From positions 1 to 35,519 of the IMG/VR virus record IMGVR_UViG_3300048886_000464: a stretch of DNA of 35,519 nt; one strand, given 5' to 3'. The notes beneath the pieces are model-generated. The model was not told the origin of the DNA, did not search any database, and saw nothing but the letters and a program-made list of their open reading frames with translations. The stretch is from a virus. Taxonomy: Duplodnaviria; Caudoviricetes. Made by a program: the position numbers and the translations under genes. Positions 8,559-17,540 of this stretch are shown here, piece by piece (position 1 is the stretch's first letter; every line of letters begins with the position of its first letter).

Positions 8559-9923
8559 TTACGCGCTTAGGTCACAGATTTTAGCCTGGACAAAGAAGTT
8601 CTTGCAGCGCAACTCACCAAGAGTGTACAGCAAGCCCCTGACAACCAAGCTGTTAGCAGCGAAGTAGTCACGGTTTTCAATGTATTGGGTAGGCTGGGCA
8701 ATTGACATCTCAAGATAGTCAGTGTCCAGTACGTAAACGTTACTACCCAGAACTGCACCAGCAGAGCTTACGCTCTTGGGCACATCGGCATCAGGCAGGA
8801 TGGGGATACCCATGTAGGTAGCCAAAACCAATCCAGTACGAGTACCAGGGAAGGTTCGTTCAGAACCCACACCAACTTGGTATTCTTCCTGACCCATATA
8901 GCGTTGCTGCGAATTAAGCAGACGTTCTAGTTTGAAGTACTGGTCATGACCCATGAGGATGAGTTTTGGCTCACCGCCATTTTCCCGTATCTTCTGGATA
9001 CAAGTATCAATCAGATTGAGGGAGAGGTCACGGCCTACGCCAGCGTTGTGACTGACGTTAGCAGCAGCATTCCAACCACCAGCAGTACGTGCAGCCAACG
9101 TAAGGTCAAAAGCCCTAGCGTTAGAAGCCAACGCACCAGATGCGGCCCCGTCCTCAGCTACGACATCATCCAAGCTGGTGAAACCAGCACGGGAATATAC
9201 GTAAGCCAAGTCACCAGCAGCCCATGCAGGGCTGGAGGTATCAACGGTTACGGTGCCAGAACTGTGGGCGGTAGCCGAAGCACCACCAACGGTGACACCA
9301 GAGGTTAGGTCATGAGCAGTTGCAGAACCGTCGTAACGGGCAAGTTCATCACCTAGATGGAAGTTATTCGCAATGGCAGCACTACCGAAAACGGCAGTTG
9401 TACCACTACCACCAGTAGCCCTAGCAGCAGACAAGGACAACAGTTCAAAGTTGACCTCTTTCATGTGGTCTAGCTGGGCGTTTTCATTCTCCAACGCCAG
9501 CACGTCACCAACACCACCTTCTAGCTGGGCGGTGAAGACTGACTTGACCGATGCACCGAAGGTTGTAGCAACGATTCGGGGCAAGCTGGAAACCGTCTGA
9601 ATAGCAGAGATATCTACTGTCGGGAGGTTACCAGTTTCTAGAATAGGCATACTGCGGTTAGAGCCACGGTCAGACCGAATCCTCCAACCAGCTGTGTTAC
9701 CCCACACAGTACGTGGGATAGCATTAAAAAATCTTGTTTGGTTATTCAAAGCTTGCCAAACCTTCCGTCCATACGTGGTATTAAAAATACCAGTAGCGGT
9801 ATCAACCGTGAACGGAGTTCCAACACCAGCACCAGCTTTCTTCATGAAGCCAGGGCCGAAAACGCTCTGATACAACCCTCTTTGTGACTGAGCAATATAC
9901 TCAGCAAGGGATGGATTAGCCAT
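8559..9923 (-). CDS. Major capsid protein (HK97 fold)
   Basis: 454 aa following the scaffold, AAGGAG RBS. Motifs YGRKVWQALN, GWRIR, LSLNLIDTCIQKIRENGGEPKLILM, TYMGIPILPD and C-terminal GELRCKNFFVQAKICDL. Confidence 0.9.
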   Translation of the reverse strand: MANPSLAEYIAQSQRGLYQSVFGPGFMKKAGAGVGTPFTVDTATGIFNTTYGRKVWQALNNQTRFFNAIPRTVWGNTAGWRIRSDRGSNRSMPILETGNLPTVDISAIQTVSSLPRIVATTFGASVKSVFTAQLEGGVGDVLALENENAQLDHMKEVNFELLSLSAARATGGSGTTAVFGSAAIANNFHLGDELARYDGSATAHDLTSGVTVGGASATAHSSGTVTVDTSSPAWAAGDLAYVYSRAGFTSLDDVVAEDGAASGALASNARAFDLTLAARTAGGWNAAANVSHNAGVGRDLSLNLIDTCIQKIRENGGEPKLILMGHDQYFKLERLLNSQQRYMGQEEYQVGVGSERTFPGTRTGLVLATYMGIPILPDADVPKSVSSAGAVLGSNVYVLDTDYLEMSIAQPTQYIENRDYFAANSLVVRGLLYTLGELRCKNFFVQAKICDLSA

Positions 9924-9951
9924 AATTTATCTCCTTAATCTTGTGTTTTAA

Positions 9952-10803
9952 TTACCCTATAAGTTCCCGTGGAACGCCGTCCGTCTCGCCATTCTCGATA
10001 GTTTCCTGCAACCGACGCAAATCCTGATAGGACAACTGCATCATCTGGTCAACGGTATCTGCCCCAGCAGCTTCTTTCTGAATGGGGGAAGTACCATCGG
10101 TACCCATGCTATCTTCATATCGAATAACGGTGGGACGGGTGAGAGAAGTCTCTTCACGGAAGCCCATCTTTCGGAGACGGCCTTCAGTTTCCTGTTGGAC
10201 AGCTTTCTGAATATTAGTGCTGCCTTTAAAGAGAGCCTTCAACTCGGTTATTTGCTTCTGCATCTGTTCTAATGCTGGATACTGTTCGGCATTCTCTACG
10301 GAATAACGTGCCATACCAAACCCTTCTTCCTCGTCCTTTTCATCGCCATTCTCTTCTTCTTCTTCTTCATCACCATTCTCTTCTTCCATGTCCTCGTACT
10401 CATCCTTGGCAAATTCGTCTTTCAACAAATTCAATTGCTTCTGCATAGCTTGAATAGTCGCTTGCTGAGACTTCATGTCATGCTTCGGTTCTTTAGCCTC
10501 TGCACCATCATCAGCATTCTTATCACTCTTACCACTACCAGAAGCCTTACGTTCACTGGCTTCCAACCCAGGCATACCTTGGTCAGCTTTAATCAAACCG
10601 TAAACTTCACCAGCAACGGCTTTAATGATTTCCTGCTTCTCAATAGCATCCTGTGCGTCTTCAGCCAACTCCATATCATAGTCTTCCTGTTTACTTATAC
10701 GGGAGTCCATTTTGTGCAAGACCTCCGCAACAGCAGCAAGAGCAAGATTAGAGCCTTCTATCTGTTTCTCCAACCTCTCCACAATGTCATTGTCTTGTGC
10801 CAT
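9952..10803 (-). CDS. Capsid scaffolding protein
   Basis: Acidic coiled-coil protein with an E/D run, directly upstream of the MCP. AGGAGG spacing favours ATG 10803 over 10809. Confidence 0.75.
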   Translation of the reverse strand: MAQDNDIVERLEKQIEGSNLALAAVAEVLHKMDSRISKQEDYDMELAEDAQDAIEKQEIIKAVAGEVYGLIKADQGMPGLEASERKASGSGKSDKNADDGAEAKEPKHDMKSQQATIQAMQKQLNLLKDEFAKDEYEDMEEENGDEEEEEENGDEKDEEEGFGMARYSVENAEQYPALEQMQKQITELKALFKGSTNIQKAVQQETEGRLRKMGFREETSLTRPTVIRYEDSMGTDGTSPIQKEAAGADTVDQMMQLSYQDLRRLQETIENGETDGVPRELIG

Positions 10804-10822
10804 GTGCATCCTCCTTCCTAGT

Positions 10823-10858
10823 TCAGAAAGTTGGTCTAAGCCACCTCCGACTTCCCGA
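10823..10858 (-). promoter_or_regulatory. RNA stem-loop in the scaffold/MCP leader
   Basis: UCGGGAAGU pairs with ACUUUCUGA (two G-U pairs) plus an inner GG/CC pair; it sits just upstream of the RBS. Confidence 0.5.
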
Positions 10859-10873
10859 CAAATAAATAAATAC

Positions 10874-10890
10874 AGTACGAATTTCGTACT
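10874..10890. promoter_or_regulatory. Perfect inverted repeat agtacgaa-t-ttcgtact near the predicted transcription start (candidate operator)
   Basis: 8-bp arms with a 1-nt spacer, immediately downstream of the TATAAT element on the minus strand. Confidence 0.5.
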
Positions 10891-10892
10891 AA

Positions 10893-10925
10893 TATATTAT
10901 ACTGTGAATTCCGAATTAATTTCGA
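10893..10925 (-). promoter_or_regulatory. Putative late promoter for the scaffold-capsid operon
   Basis: TCGAAATTAATTCGGAATTCACAGTATAATATA contains TATAAT and matches the element at 20035-20067 at 24/33 positions without gaps. Confidence 0.65.
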
Positions 10926-10942
10926 TTTTTATAGTATAATTC

Positions 10943-11164
10943 CTACGAAGTTTCTTCTTCGATTGGAACTTCGCCTGTAACCGTAAGTTTTAAAATTTCA
11001 TTTCTAAAATCATATAAGGGAATTTGTACCAATTTCTTAAATTTTTCGCATTGAGTGCCCTCAGGTATGGACGCTTCAATTAAATCTAAAACTTTACCCA
11101 CCATGCGTGAGTGCCTTGCTATTACATACTCCTGTAATGGAGTAACTTTACTTACATCAACCAT
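10943..11164 (-). CDS. Hypothetical helical protein (73 aa)
   Basis: AGGAG RBS, coding strand, tight packing with neighbours. Confidence 0.7.
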   Translation of the reverse strand: MVDVSKVTPLQEYVIARHSRMVGKVLDLIEASIPEGTQCEKFKKLVQIPLYDFRNEILKLTVTGEVPIEEETS

Positions 11165-11174
11165 AATCTCGCTC

Positions 11175-11564
11175 CTAATTTAAGTAGTTTTGTAAACTAC
11201 TTGGATTACTTAAAGTACTAACAAACCCATTTAATGCTTCCTCTACAGAAAACCCCACATTGGGATTTTGTTCTTCTTGCGCTTCTATTCTTGCCAAGTC
11301 CATTGCTGTAGGCATGGCTTTGGCTCTTGAATGCTCTGATATCCATTTCCACCCCCCATCTTTTAATCTACGCCAATGTCCCGCTACTTCTTCCGTACCT
11401 GAGACAGCTTGTTCGGTACGCACCAAACCCGCATCTATCCCATCTACCGTAAGTTCTCCCTGCCCATTCATATTAAAGGCTCTATCAGGAAATCGTTGCT
11501 TTAAATAAGCTAAAAAAGCGGAATTAACTGCCCGTTCAATTTGTTTTACTACATCATCAGTCAT
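11175..11564 (-). CDS. Hypothetical protein with a VAGHWRR...WISEHSR hairpin motif
   Basis: 129 aa ORF filling the operon on the coding strand; no function recognised. Confidence 0.65.
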   Translation of the reverse strand: MTDDVVKQIERAVNSAFLAYLKQRFPDRAFNMNGQGELTVDGIDAGLVRTEQAVSGTEEVAGHWRRLKDGGWKWISEHSRAKAMPTAMDLARIEAQEEQNPNVGFSVEEALNGFVSTLSNPSSLQNYLN

Positions 11565-11570
11565 ACTGTA

Positions 11571-11804
11571 TTATACTTCCGCAATTCCTTCTAATGAAAT
11601 TTTTTGAATTTTCTTTTTAGTTATCCTTTCATTTGGCCCAAACCCCCAACGTTCCCTTAATCCTGGCCTACGCAATAATTCCTGTTGTAAGGCTTCCAAT
11701 TCCTCTAGGTCAAGCTCCCCACCATAACCAGGGGTGAGGAGCCGTATATCATATCCTGTACGGTCTGTGAATGTCTTCTTAGATGATTTAAACTTTGGTG
11801 GCAT
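11571..11804 (-). CDS. Small basic hypothetical protein
   Basis: ORF fills the gap between neighbours; start uncertain (11804 or the track's 11822). Confidence 0.55.
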   Translation of the reverse strand: MPPKFKSSKKTFTDRTGYDIRLLTPGYGGELDLEELEALQQELLRRPGLRERWGFGPNERITKKKIQKISLEGIAEV

Positions 11805-13107
11805 AATTCTTAGCCCACACATCGTTCATAGTACTATTAAACATACTAGGAGTATCATCAAACCTATTTAAATAAATCACTTCATGCCCCACGTTCCCAT
11901 AATATGGGTGCCAATAAGTAACAACTTGTTTAGGAGGAGTCATGGCTTGTACGCGCTGTAATGCAAATTCATCTCCTCCCTTCATGGTTCCACATATATA
12001 TGCTGAACCAGTACCTATATCCATGACATCTACACGATGAAAATGACCCATCATGACATCTGAAAAGTTTCCTGGCAAAACTCCATCATGTTCAACAATA
12101 GTACTTTCAAGGGCTTGTTTAAACTGTATCACCCCACGCATATTCCCAATCATTCGACTAATAGATGCAGAACTCCCCCCACCTGATATCGCATCACCAT
12201 GAAACATAAGAACATTTTTCCCTGCTATATCTACTATATGAGCAAAAGACTTAGGTATGTCAAATTGAATGTTCTTCTGATTAGCACAGAAAGCTGCCAT
12301 CCATTGATAAGCCAAGTAGTCCCAATCCATATATTTGTCCTTCATGGGAGGCTTCCGTGTCATTCTTCCATGATTGCCTACCACACACGGAACTTTAATG
12401 GTTTTAAAATGGGGGGCCAGAAACATCAAGGCTTGCGAAATAGCACTAGCTACATGCATCATTTGCATCATGCAATTATCAAGGTTAGTACGGGACAGTT
12501 CTTCATGTATATCCCCACTAATCATATCCCCTAACATAGGAACCATCAATTCATCAATGGTACAAATATTACGTCTGTACGTAGCCAAGTTCAACACTTG
12601 ATTAGCCCACCCCGATAGCCGCCTATTAAAAACATCATAATCATACGAATTCATTGCCATCATTTGGGGCGAAAACACTTGTTCCCCCACATGCGTATCA
12701 GTGAGGACAGCAACCATGACTTGAGGTTCGGAGGATTTTCCTTTAGCAGGGGGCGGTTTAATAGGCACAGCATCAAAAGTTGGTGCATAAGTTTGAATAG
12801 CTTCTACAATTAATTCCTTCTTTGCATCGGATGCAATTAGTTGATTATATAGTTTTTTATAGTAAGCTAGTTCAGATTTATACGTAGCTACTTTCTTATC
12901 AAGTTTAGTTCTATCCTCTATCGACTCCAAGAGTTCGTCTTGGTCTACCTCTTCTTCGTTGAAAACCTCTCTGTCGTACCAACGTTGGACGGTTGTTCGA
13001 TGAATCGTTATCCCGTATTCGTCCTCTATCCACTTCGATATCCCCGTCCATGTCTCCCCTTCTTGCTTTCTTTTTATTATCCCTAATCTTGCCTGTTCTG
13101 GAATCAT
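11788..13107 (-). CDS. Calcineurin-like metallophosphoesterase with an N-terminal HTH and coiled coil
   Basis: All five motifs present: TDTH, LGDM, VGNHG, FHGD and GHFH. N-terminal WTGISKWIEDEYGITIHRTTVQRW is HTH-like. AGGAGG precedes ATG 13107. Confidence 0.85.
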   Translation of the reverse strand: MIPEQARLGIIKRKQEGETWTGISKWIEDEYGITIHRTTVQRWYDREVFNEEEVDQDELLESIEDRTKLDKKVATYKSELAYYKKLYNQLIASDAKKELIVEAIQTYAPTFDAVPIKPPPAKGKSSEPQVMVAVLTDTHVGEQVFSPQMMAMNSYDYDVFNRRLSGWANQVLNLATYRRNICTIDELMVPMLGDMISGDIHEELSRTNLDNCMMQMMHVASAISQALMFLAPHFKTIKVPCVVGNHGRMTRKPPMKDKYMDWDYLAYQWMAAFCANQKNIQFDIPKSFAHIVDIAGKNVLMFHGDAISGGGSSASISRMIGNMRGVIQFKQALESTIVEHDGVLPGNFSDVMMGHFHRVDVMDIGTGSAYICGTMKGGDEFALQRVQAMTPPKQVVTYWHPYYGNVGHEVIYLNRFDDTPSMFNSTMNDVWAKNYATKV

Positions 13108-13228
13108 AAGCCCTCCTGATTGTAAGTACAATTATTGTTCCACACATACGGCAATTCAAATCTTTATCTTCATTGACATACATGCTTCCCGCACATTTAG
13201 GACATATATTATCACTTACTTGAAGCAT
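12911..13228 (-). CDS. Small zinc-ribbon protein with a basic tail overlapping the phosphoesterase gene
   Basis: CPKC-x13-CRMC. Start uncertain (ATG 13228; the track gives TTG 13234). Confidence 0.65.
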   Translation of the reverse strand: MLQVSDNICPKCAGSMYVNEDKDLNCRMCGTIIVLTIRRAYDSRTGKIRDNKKKARRGDMDGDIEVDRGRIRDNDSSNNRPTLVRQRGFQRRRGRPRRTLGVDRG

Positions 13229-16200
13229 AGTCAACCTTTAGCAAAGCAGTAAGCAACGGAGTCGCATCTCCTGACTCTTCTAATTCCTTCCGCATCGCCT
13301 CTAATTTGGCTACTTTTTCAGCTTCAGGAACCCAGTTTAAACCCTCCTTATTTTCATCAATCTCTTCCTCATCATGACTTTTATCTTCCTCGCCTCCTCT
13401 AGCTAATGAGTCTTGTTCATAAGTATTCATACCAAAAGAAGACATTTGCATCGTAGCCCCAGAAGGATATCCTCCCATACCCGCAGCAGCCATAGCTCCT
13501 GCTGGTTGTTCGTGTCCCGTATCCTCTTCTTTATTGTCATACTTTTTAACTCTACGTTGCATGTCATTCTCCTTAACTACTGCATCCTTTGCAGGAGGTT
13601 CATTTGGATTATCTTTCGTCCGTTCAATAAATTTCTGTTGGGGATGCGGCCCATCCGCAGGCTGATTCTCTGTAGCAGATATCATAGTAGTGCCTTCCCC
13701 AGCTGATTTTTGCACATAAGACTTATGCTGCCCCCAGTCTGGGGCACGTCCCGTTTTAGCATTCCCAACTGAATTAATATTGGCATGTCGTGGATAAGTT
13801 GCTGTAATACCAGTTTCCATTCCTCCAGCAATGCCCATATTAACATGAGGCTCATTATTTTCAGCAGTTTTTAATGCATCCTCTAATGGACGGCTTGTTT
13901 TTTTATGGTTGAGGGTATCCTCTGCCATATCTTTCTTCCAATTTAACCTCATAGGCCCAGTAGCCTGATTATTCCAGGCATGGGCTGTTGGAGCATTTCC
14001 TGTCATATCATCATCAAGTCCTGGGGCAAGACCTTTTTTACCAGCTTTAGAAAGAACGGCTTTTAACTTCTGCTCGGCTTCTTCTCTCCCCCCAACAGTA
14101 GGTTTAGAAAGAGCATCAAACCCTTCACGGGTTATTTCTTCATCCCCGCCCCAACCACCTATCGGCTTCCTTCCCCCATGTTCTAATTTATTATGCAGAC
14201 GAGTGTTTATCTCACCATAATCCCAACCAGGGCCAAAAACACTAAAGGCTGAAGGACGTTGTTCACACCACGGACAATAAAGCTTACCATCTGTATTAAG
14301 ATTTTCACGGGGATTTAACCCCGCATCCCGAAATTCTCTTTCAGCCGTTTCCTTGCTCTTCGTGGCTTTCTGCCTTGCCCTCACATCTCGCATTAATTCT
14401 TTCTTATATGGCCTCTTTTCTCCAGAGGATAGCCGAATGGCTTTAGCCACAGGAGAACCATCATATAGATACTGAATTAATCTGTCAACCCCACTCTTTT
14501 TCTCTTTCCCCAATAATTTTTTACGCTTATGTTCCTGTTTATTGTGACGTTTTTCATGTTTTCGTCTAGTTCTATCCCCCCCATAGGTGGGAGTAAATAT
14601 ACCCGCATTTGTGGATGTAAAGACAGTTCCATTAAGGCCATTAAATGCTCCCCCATCTCCTCCACTCTCCCCTTCTTTGCGTATAAATTTTTGTAGGTTC
14701 TCAATTGCTTTCCTGGGGTTGTCTCTAGCCCACTCAGCGGGGCTATAGGGTTTCTCACTCTGTCGATTACCCCAATAATTTTGTTGGTCAAGCATATCTT
14801 GATAATTGCTATAAGGATTATCTGGATGCTTAGGTGTCACTTCCTGTCCTTCCTCATCAATCTCCATGCCTGGACGAGGTGTAGATGACCCACCATACAT
14901 ACCAATTCTATCTTCCCTCTCTCTCCTTTCTTTTGGCATTTCAGGTTGCGAGATGGCATTCCACTCTTGAGGAGTGGGGCCATAATCATCTGCAAACGAA
15001 GAGAGGGGAGCTTGCATACCCCTACCTGTATACCTATCTAACCCCCCTGGTTGTTTTCTCCAATCGGCTCCATACGCATTAGGACTTAAATCGGTATCCT
15101 CCAATCTATCGGGCCGTGCATAAGGACGAGCTTGACGGCCTGCCTGAGGAATGTTTCCTTTAGGGGTTTCCAAAGTCTCTCTATTAAAATGAACATTTTC
15201 ATCTCTTTCCAGTTGATTTAATTCTTCTGGTGTGAACCTAGAAACATCCTTACGGAGAGATTGTTCAATTGCAAAATACTGTTGTATATCTGGGTCAGTT
15301 TCAAAAGAACCTGTGGGTTTATAACTAGGAGACTCAAAAGCTACTTTCTTAAACATCCGCTGTATACCCTCTTGATGTTGAGATGGTACTTTTGAGAGCA
15401 TTGACTCCGTATGGTCTGTTAAGAAGTCATGTATGTTCATTTCTTTTCTAGTTGTGTCTAAATATTCTTGGCTGGGCCTTTGACCCTTGGGTGCATTACG
15501 AGGAGGTATGTTAGGTCTAGCTCTTCCTAAAGGAAAGGCATCATCATAATCCATATCACGAACAGCATCCCCACGTCTCTGCAACATATCGGAACGATGT
15601 ACTTGTTTTAAGCCATCCGCATGTTGGTTAGCAGTCAGAGGAACATCTCTATGAATTTTATCTACATAATTATATGCATGGTAATGCACAGAAGGGACTC
15701 TCTTGCCCCCTTTTTCCTCAGGCTCTAAAAAGAGGGGAGCATTGTCATGCCCAACAGGAAGAAATAAGTCAGGATGTGTATCTTCCCATTCAGTGTGGGG
15801 CCGATTCTTATCTACTTGACGTTGTATTTCATCCCCCATATGCCTACGAAAACCTTCTATACCATCATCTTCTTCAGCTTTTTGTACAAATTTCATTAGT
15901 TTTGACACAGCCTTTTCCTTATCATATAAATCTGGGAATCGACGTTCAAAGGCATCTTTAGTGGGTTTAGGAGCATACCTACTACGATTTTGAGATGGGT
16001 AATCTCTAATGGTTTCTGCTTGTGAAGATAATTGTTCATCTGGGTCTTTATAAGATTCTCTTCTACCCCTCATAGACGGATACCTATGTAATGTGGTACT
16101 ACCTGAGGTTCCTGAAGAACGTGGTGTCATATTAGGCATCGTATCCCTATACCATCTTCCATAACGGTCTTTAGGAAATGCATCCCCTCTGTTGTAAGGA

Positions 16201-17540
16201 ATACCTCTAGGCAATAACATTTCTTCCGTTGAAACACCGCCCTCACCTTCTCCTTCAGGAGGGAGGGGGGCAGATTCTGCAAAGGATGTTTCCCAACTTC
16301 CAGGGGCTTGAAGCTTATTATAACCACTGACTTCATCTGGATGATATGCAGGACTTACCTGACGAATACGACGATGTAAATCATCTGCCATTCCAGCAGC
16401 ATCATGAGATAGTGTAGGATGCATATTAGCCCGAAGAAGATTTTTATGGAAATGTTCTACTGACATTCTTTCTCCCATCCCCTTCCCTCCATGCTCTTCT
16501 TTATATGCATTAGGTAATTGAGGCTCTTCTAGATATTGTTGCGTACTTCCTCGCCCATAGTCAGGATTAGGGACATATCGTCTATAATTAATAGCATCAG
16601 GATGGTTTAAATAATCTTCCCCAAAATTTAAAATATTATGTACTGTAGCAATAGCTTGATGTCCTGCTAAATGCATTCCAATATCTGGGTGGGTATTGCT
16701 ACCGCCAGTTCTACCAGGGTGACCACCCATATCATCCTGTAGCAATCTTATATACGAATGGGCAGCATTAAGAGGGCTTAAAAAACTTTCGGTATGCATA
16801 GGACTATAGCTATCGTAATACTCATTGGGCTGCATTTTCCTAGCTATTTCTCCGACTTTCTGCCCATCTTTACTTTCGGGCGAAGGAAGCCCTGCGGATT
16901 GCTGTATATTGAAACCCTTGGGATAAGACTCCTGGGGGTCAGGGTAGCCAATCTTTTGTATCTGAACAAAATTCATTAGCTTCTGAACAGATTTATATTG
17001 AGGGAAGTCTTCGGGCACATCCTCTACATCATGGGGATTATATATCCCCTGTTTCATCATTCGCTCAGTAACTCGTTTTAAGTTATTTAAATCGCTTGTA
17101 GCTGGATGCGCTCCCTCACCTACATCTGCGTACATATTTTGATATCTATCCCAAGCGGCACCACCTATCTTTCCAGGCTTCTGCTGGTCATTATGATAGT
17201 CTACAAAGTCTTCTAAATAGTTGCGATGGAAATCCCAAAGCCCTATCTGTGCATCTGGATTATATGGCTTATTGGTTTGACGTGTTCGTTTCCCACTCCG
17301 CTCCCAATTGTTATAAGGATGCATTTGATGTTCTCTATCCCACCAGTTAATGACATGGATTCGCTTTCGCTCACCCCCAAAATCCTCATTTGATAATTGT
17401 TCTTGAGCAAGTTGGTCAATAGCTTTATGCCCTAAATGATGTTCTCTAAGAGTAGCAAGCCCATGAGGAGAGTTTTCTAAAATCTTTTTATATCTCTCAT
17501 ATTCCCCATATTCATCTTGTTTATGAAGGTTCATTTTCAT
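13212..17540 (-). CDS. Giant low-complexity protein (~1442 aa), putative internal head/cargo polyprotein
   Basis: Long ORF directly after the portal; GAGG RBS favours ATG 17540 (MKMNLHKQDE). Repeated helix-K motifs: SVQKLMNFVQIQK, AVSKLMKFVQKAEE, AIENLQKFIRKEGE. Function is inferred. Confidence 0.8.
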   Translation of the reverse strand: MKMNLHKQDEYGEYERYKKILENSPHGLATLREHHLGHKAIDQLAQEQLSNEDFGGERKRIHVINWWDREHQMHPYNNWERSGKRTRQTNKPYNPDAQIGLWDFHRNYLEDFVDYHNDQQKPGKIGGAAWDRYQNMYADVGEGAHPATSDLNNLKRVTERMMKQGIYNPHDVEDVPEDFPQYKSVQKLMNFVQIQKIGYPDPQESYPKGFNIQQSAGLPSPESKDGQKVGEIARKMQPNEYYDSYSPMHTESFLSPLNAAHSYIRLLQDDMGGHPGRTGGSNTHPDIGMHLAGHQAIATVHNILNFGEDYLNHPDAINYRRYVPNPDYGRGSTQQYLEEPQLPNAYKEEHGGKGMGERMSVEHFHKNLLRANMHPTLSHDAAGMADDLHRRIRQVSPAYHPDEVSGYNKLQAPGSWETSFAESAPLPPEGEGEGGVSTEEMLLPRGIPYNRGDAFPKDRYGRWYRDTMPNMTPRSSGTSGSTTLHRYPSMRGRRESYKDPDEQLSSQAETIRDYPSQNRSRYAPKPTKDAFERRFPDLYDKEKAVSKLMKFVQKAEEDDGIEGFRRHMGDEIQRQVDKNRPHTEWEDTHPDLFLPVGHDNAPLFLEPEEKGGKRVPSVHYHAYNYVDKIHRDVPLTANQHADGLKQVHRSDMLQRRGDAVRDMDYDDAFPLGRARPNIPPRNAPKGQRPSQEYLDTTRKEMNIHDFLTDHTESMLSKVPSQHQEGIQRMFKKVAFESPSYKPTGSFETDPDIQQYFAIEQSLRKDVSRFTPEELNQLERDENVHFNRETLETPKGNIPQAGRQARPYARPDRLEDTDLSPNAYGADWRKQPGGLDRYTGRGMQAPLSSFADDYGPTPQEWNAISQPEMPKERREREDRIGMYGGSSTPRPGMEIDEEGQEVTPKHPDNPYSNYQDMLDQQNYWGNRQSEKPYSPAEWARDNPRKAIENLQKFIRKEGESGGDGGAFNGLNGTVFTSTNAGIFTPTYGGDRTRRKHEKRHNKQEHKRKKLLGKEKKSGVDRLIQYLYDGSPVAKAIRLSSGEKRPYKKELMRDVRARQKATKSKETAEREFRDAGLNPRENLNTDGKLYCPWCEQRPSAFSVFGPGWDYGEINTRLHNKLEHGGRKPIGGWGGDEEITREGFDALSKPTVGGREEAEQKLKAVLSKAGKKGLAPGLDDDMTGNAPTAHAWNNQATGPMRLNWKKDMAEDTLNHKKTSRPLEDALKTAENNEPHVNMGIAGGMETGITATYPRHANINSVGNAKTGRAPDWGQHKSYVQKSAGEGTTMISATENQPADGPHPQQKFIERTKDNPNEPPAKDAVVKENDMQRRVKKYDNKEEDTGHEQPAGAMAAAGMGGYPSGATMQMSSFGMNTYEQDSLARGGEEDKSHDEEEIDENKEGLNWVPEAEKVAKLEAMRKELEESGDATPLLTALLKVDYASSK

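Noticed and set aside
11562-11600. Third AGTATAATA copy just before ATG 11564 (possible leaderless promoter)
   Set aside because: It coincides with the last codons and TAA stop of the upstream gene and lacks the upstream TCG..AATTC half; too weak to call.
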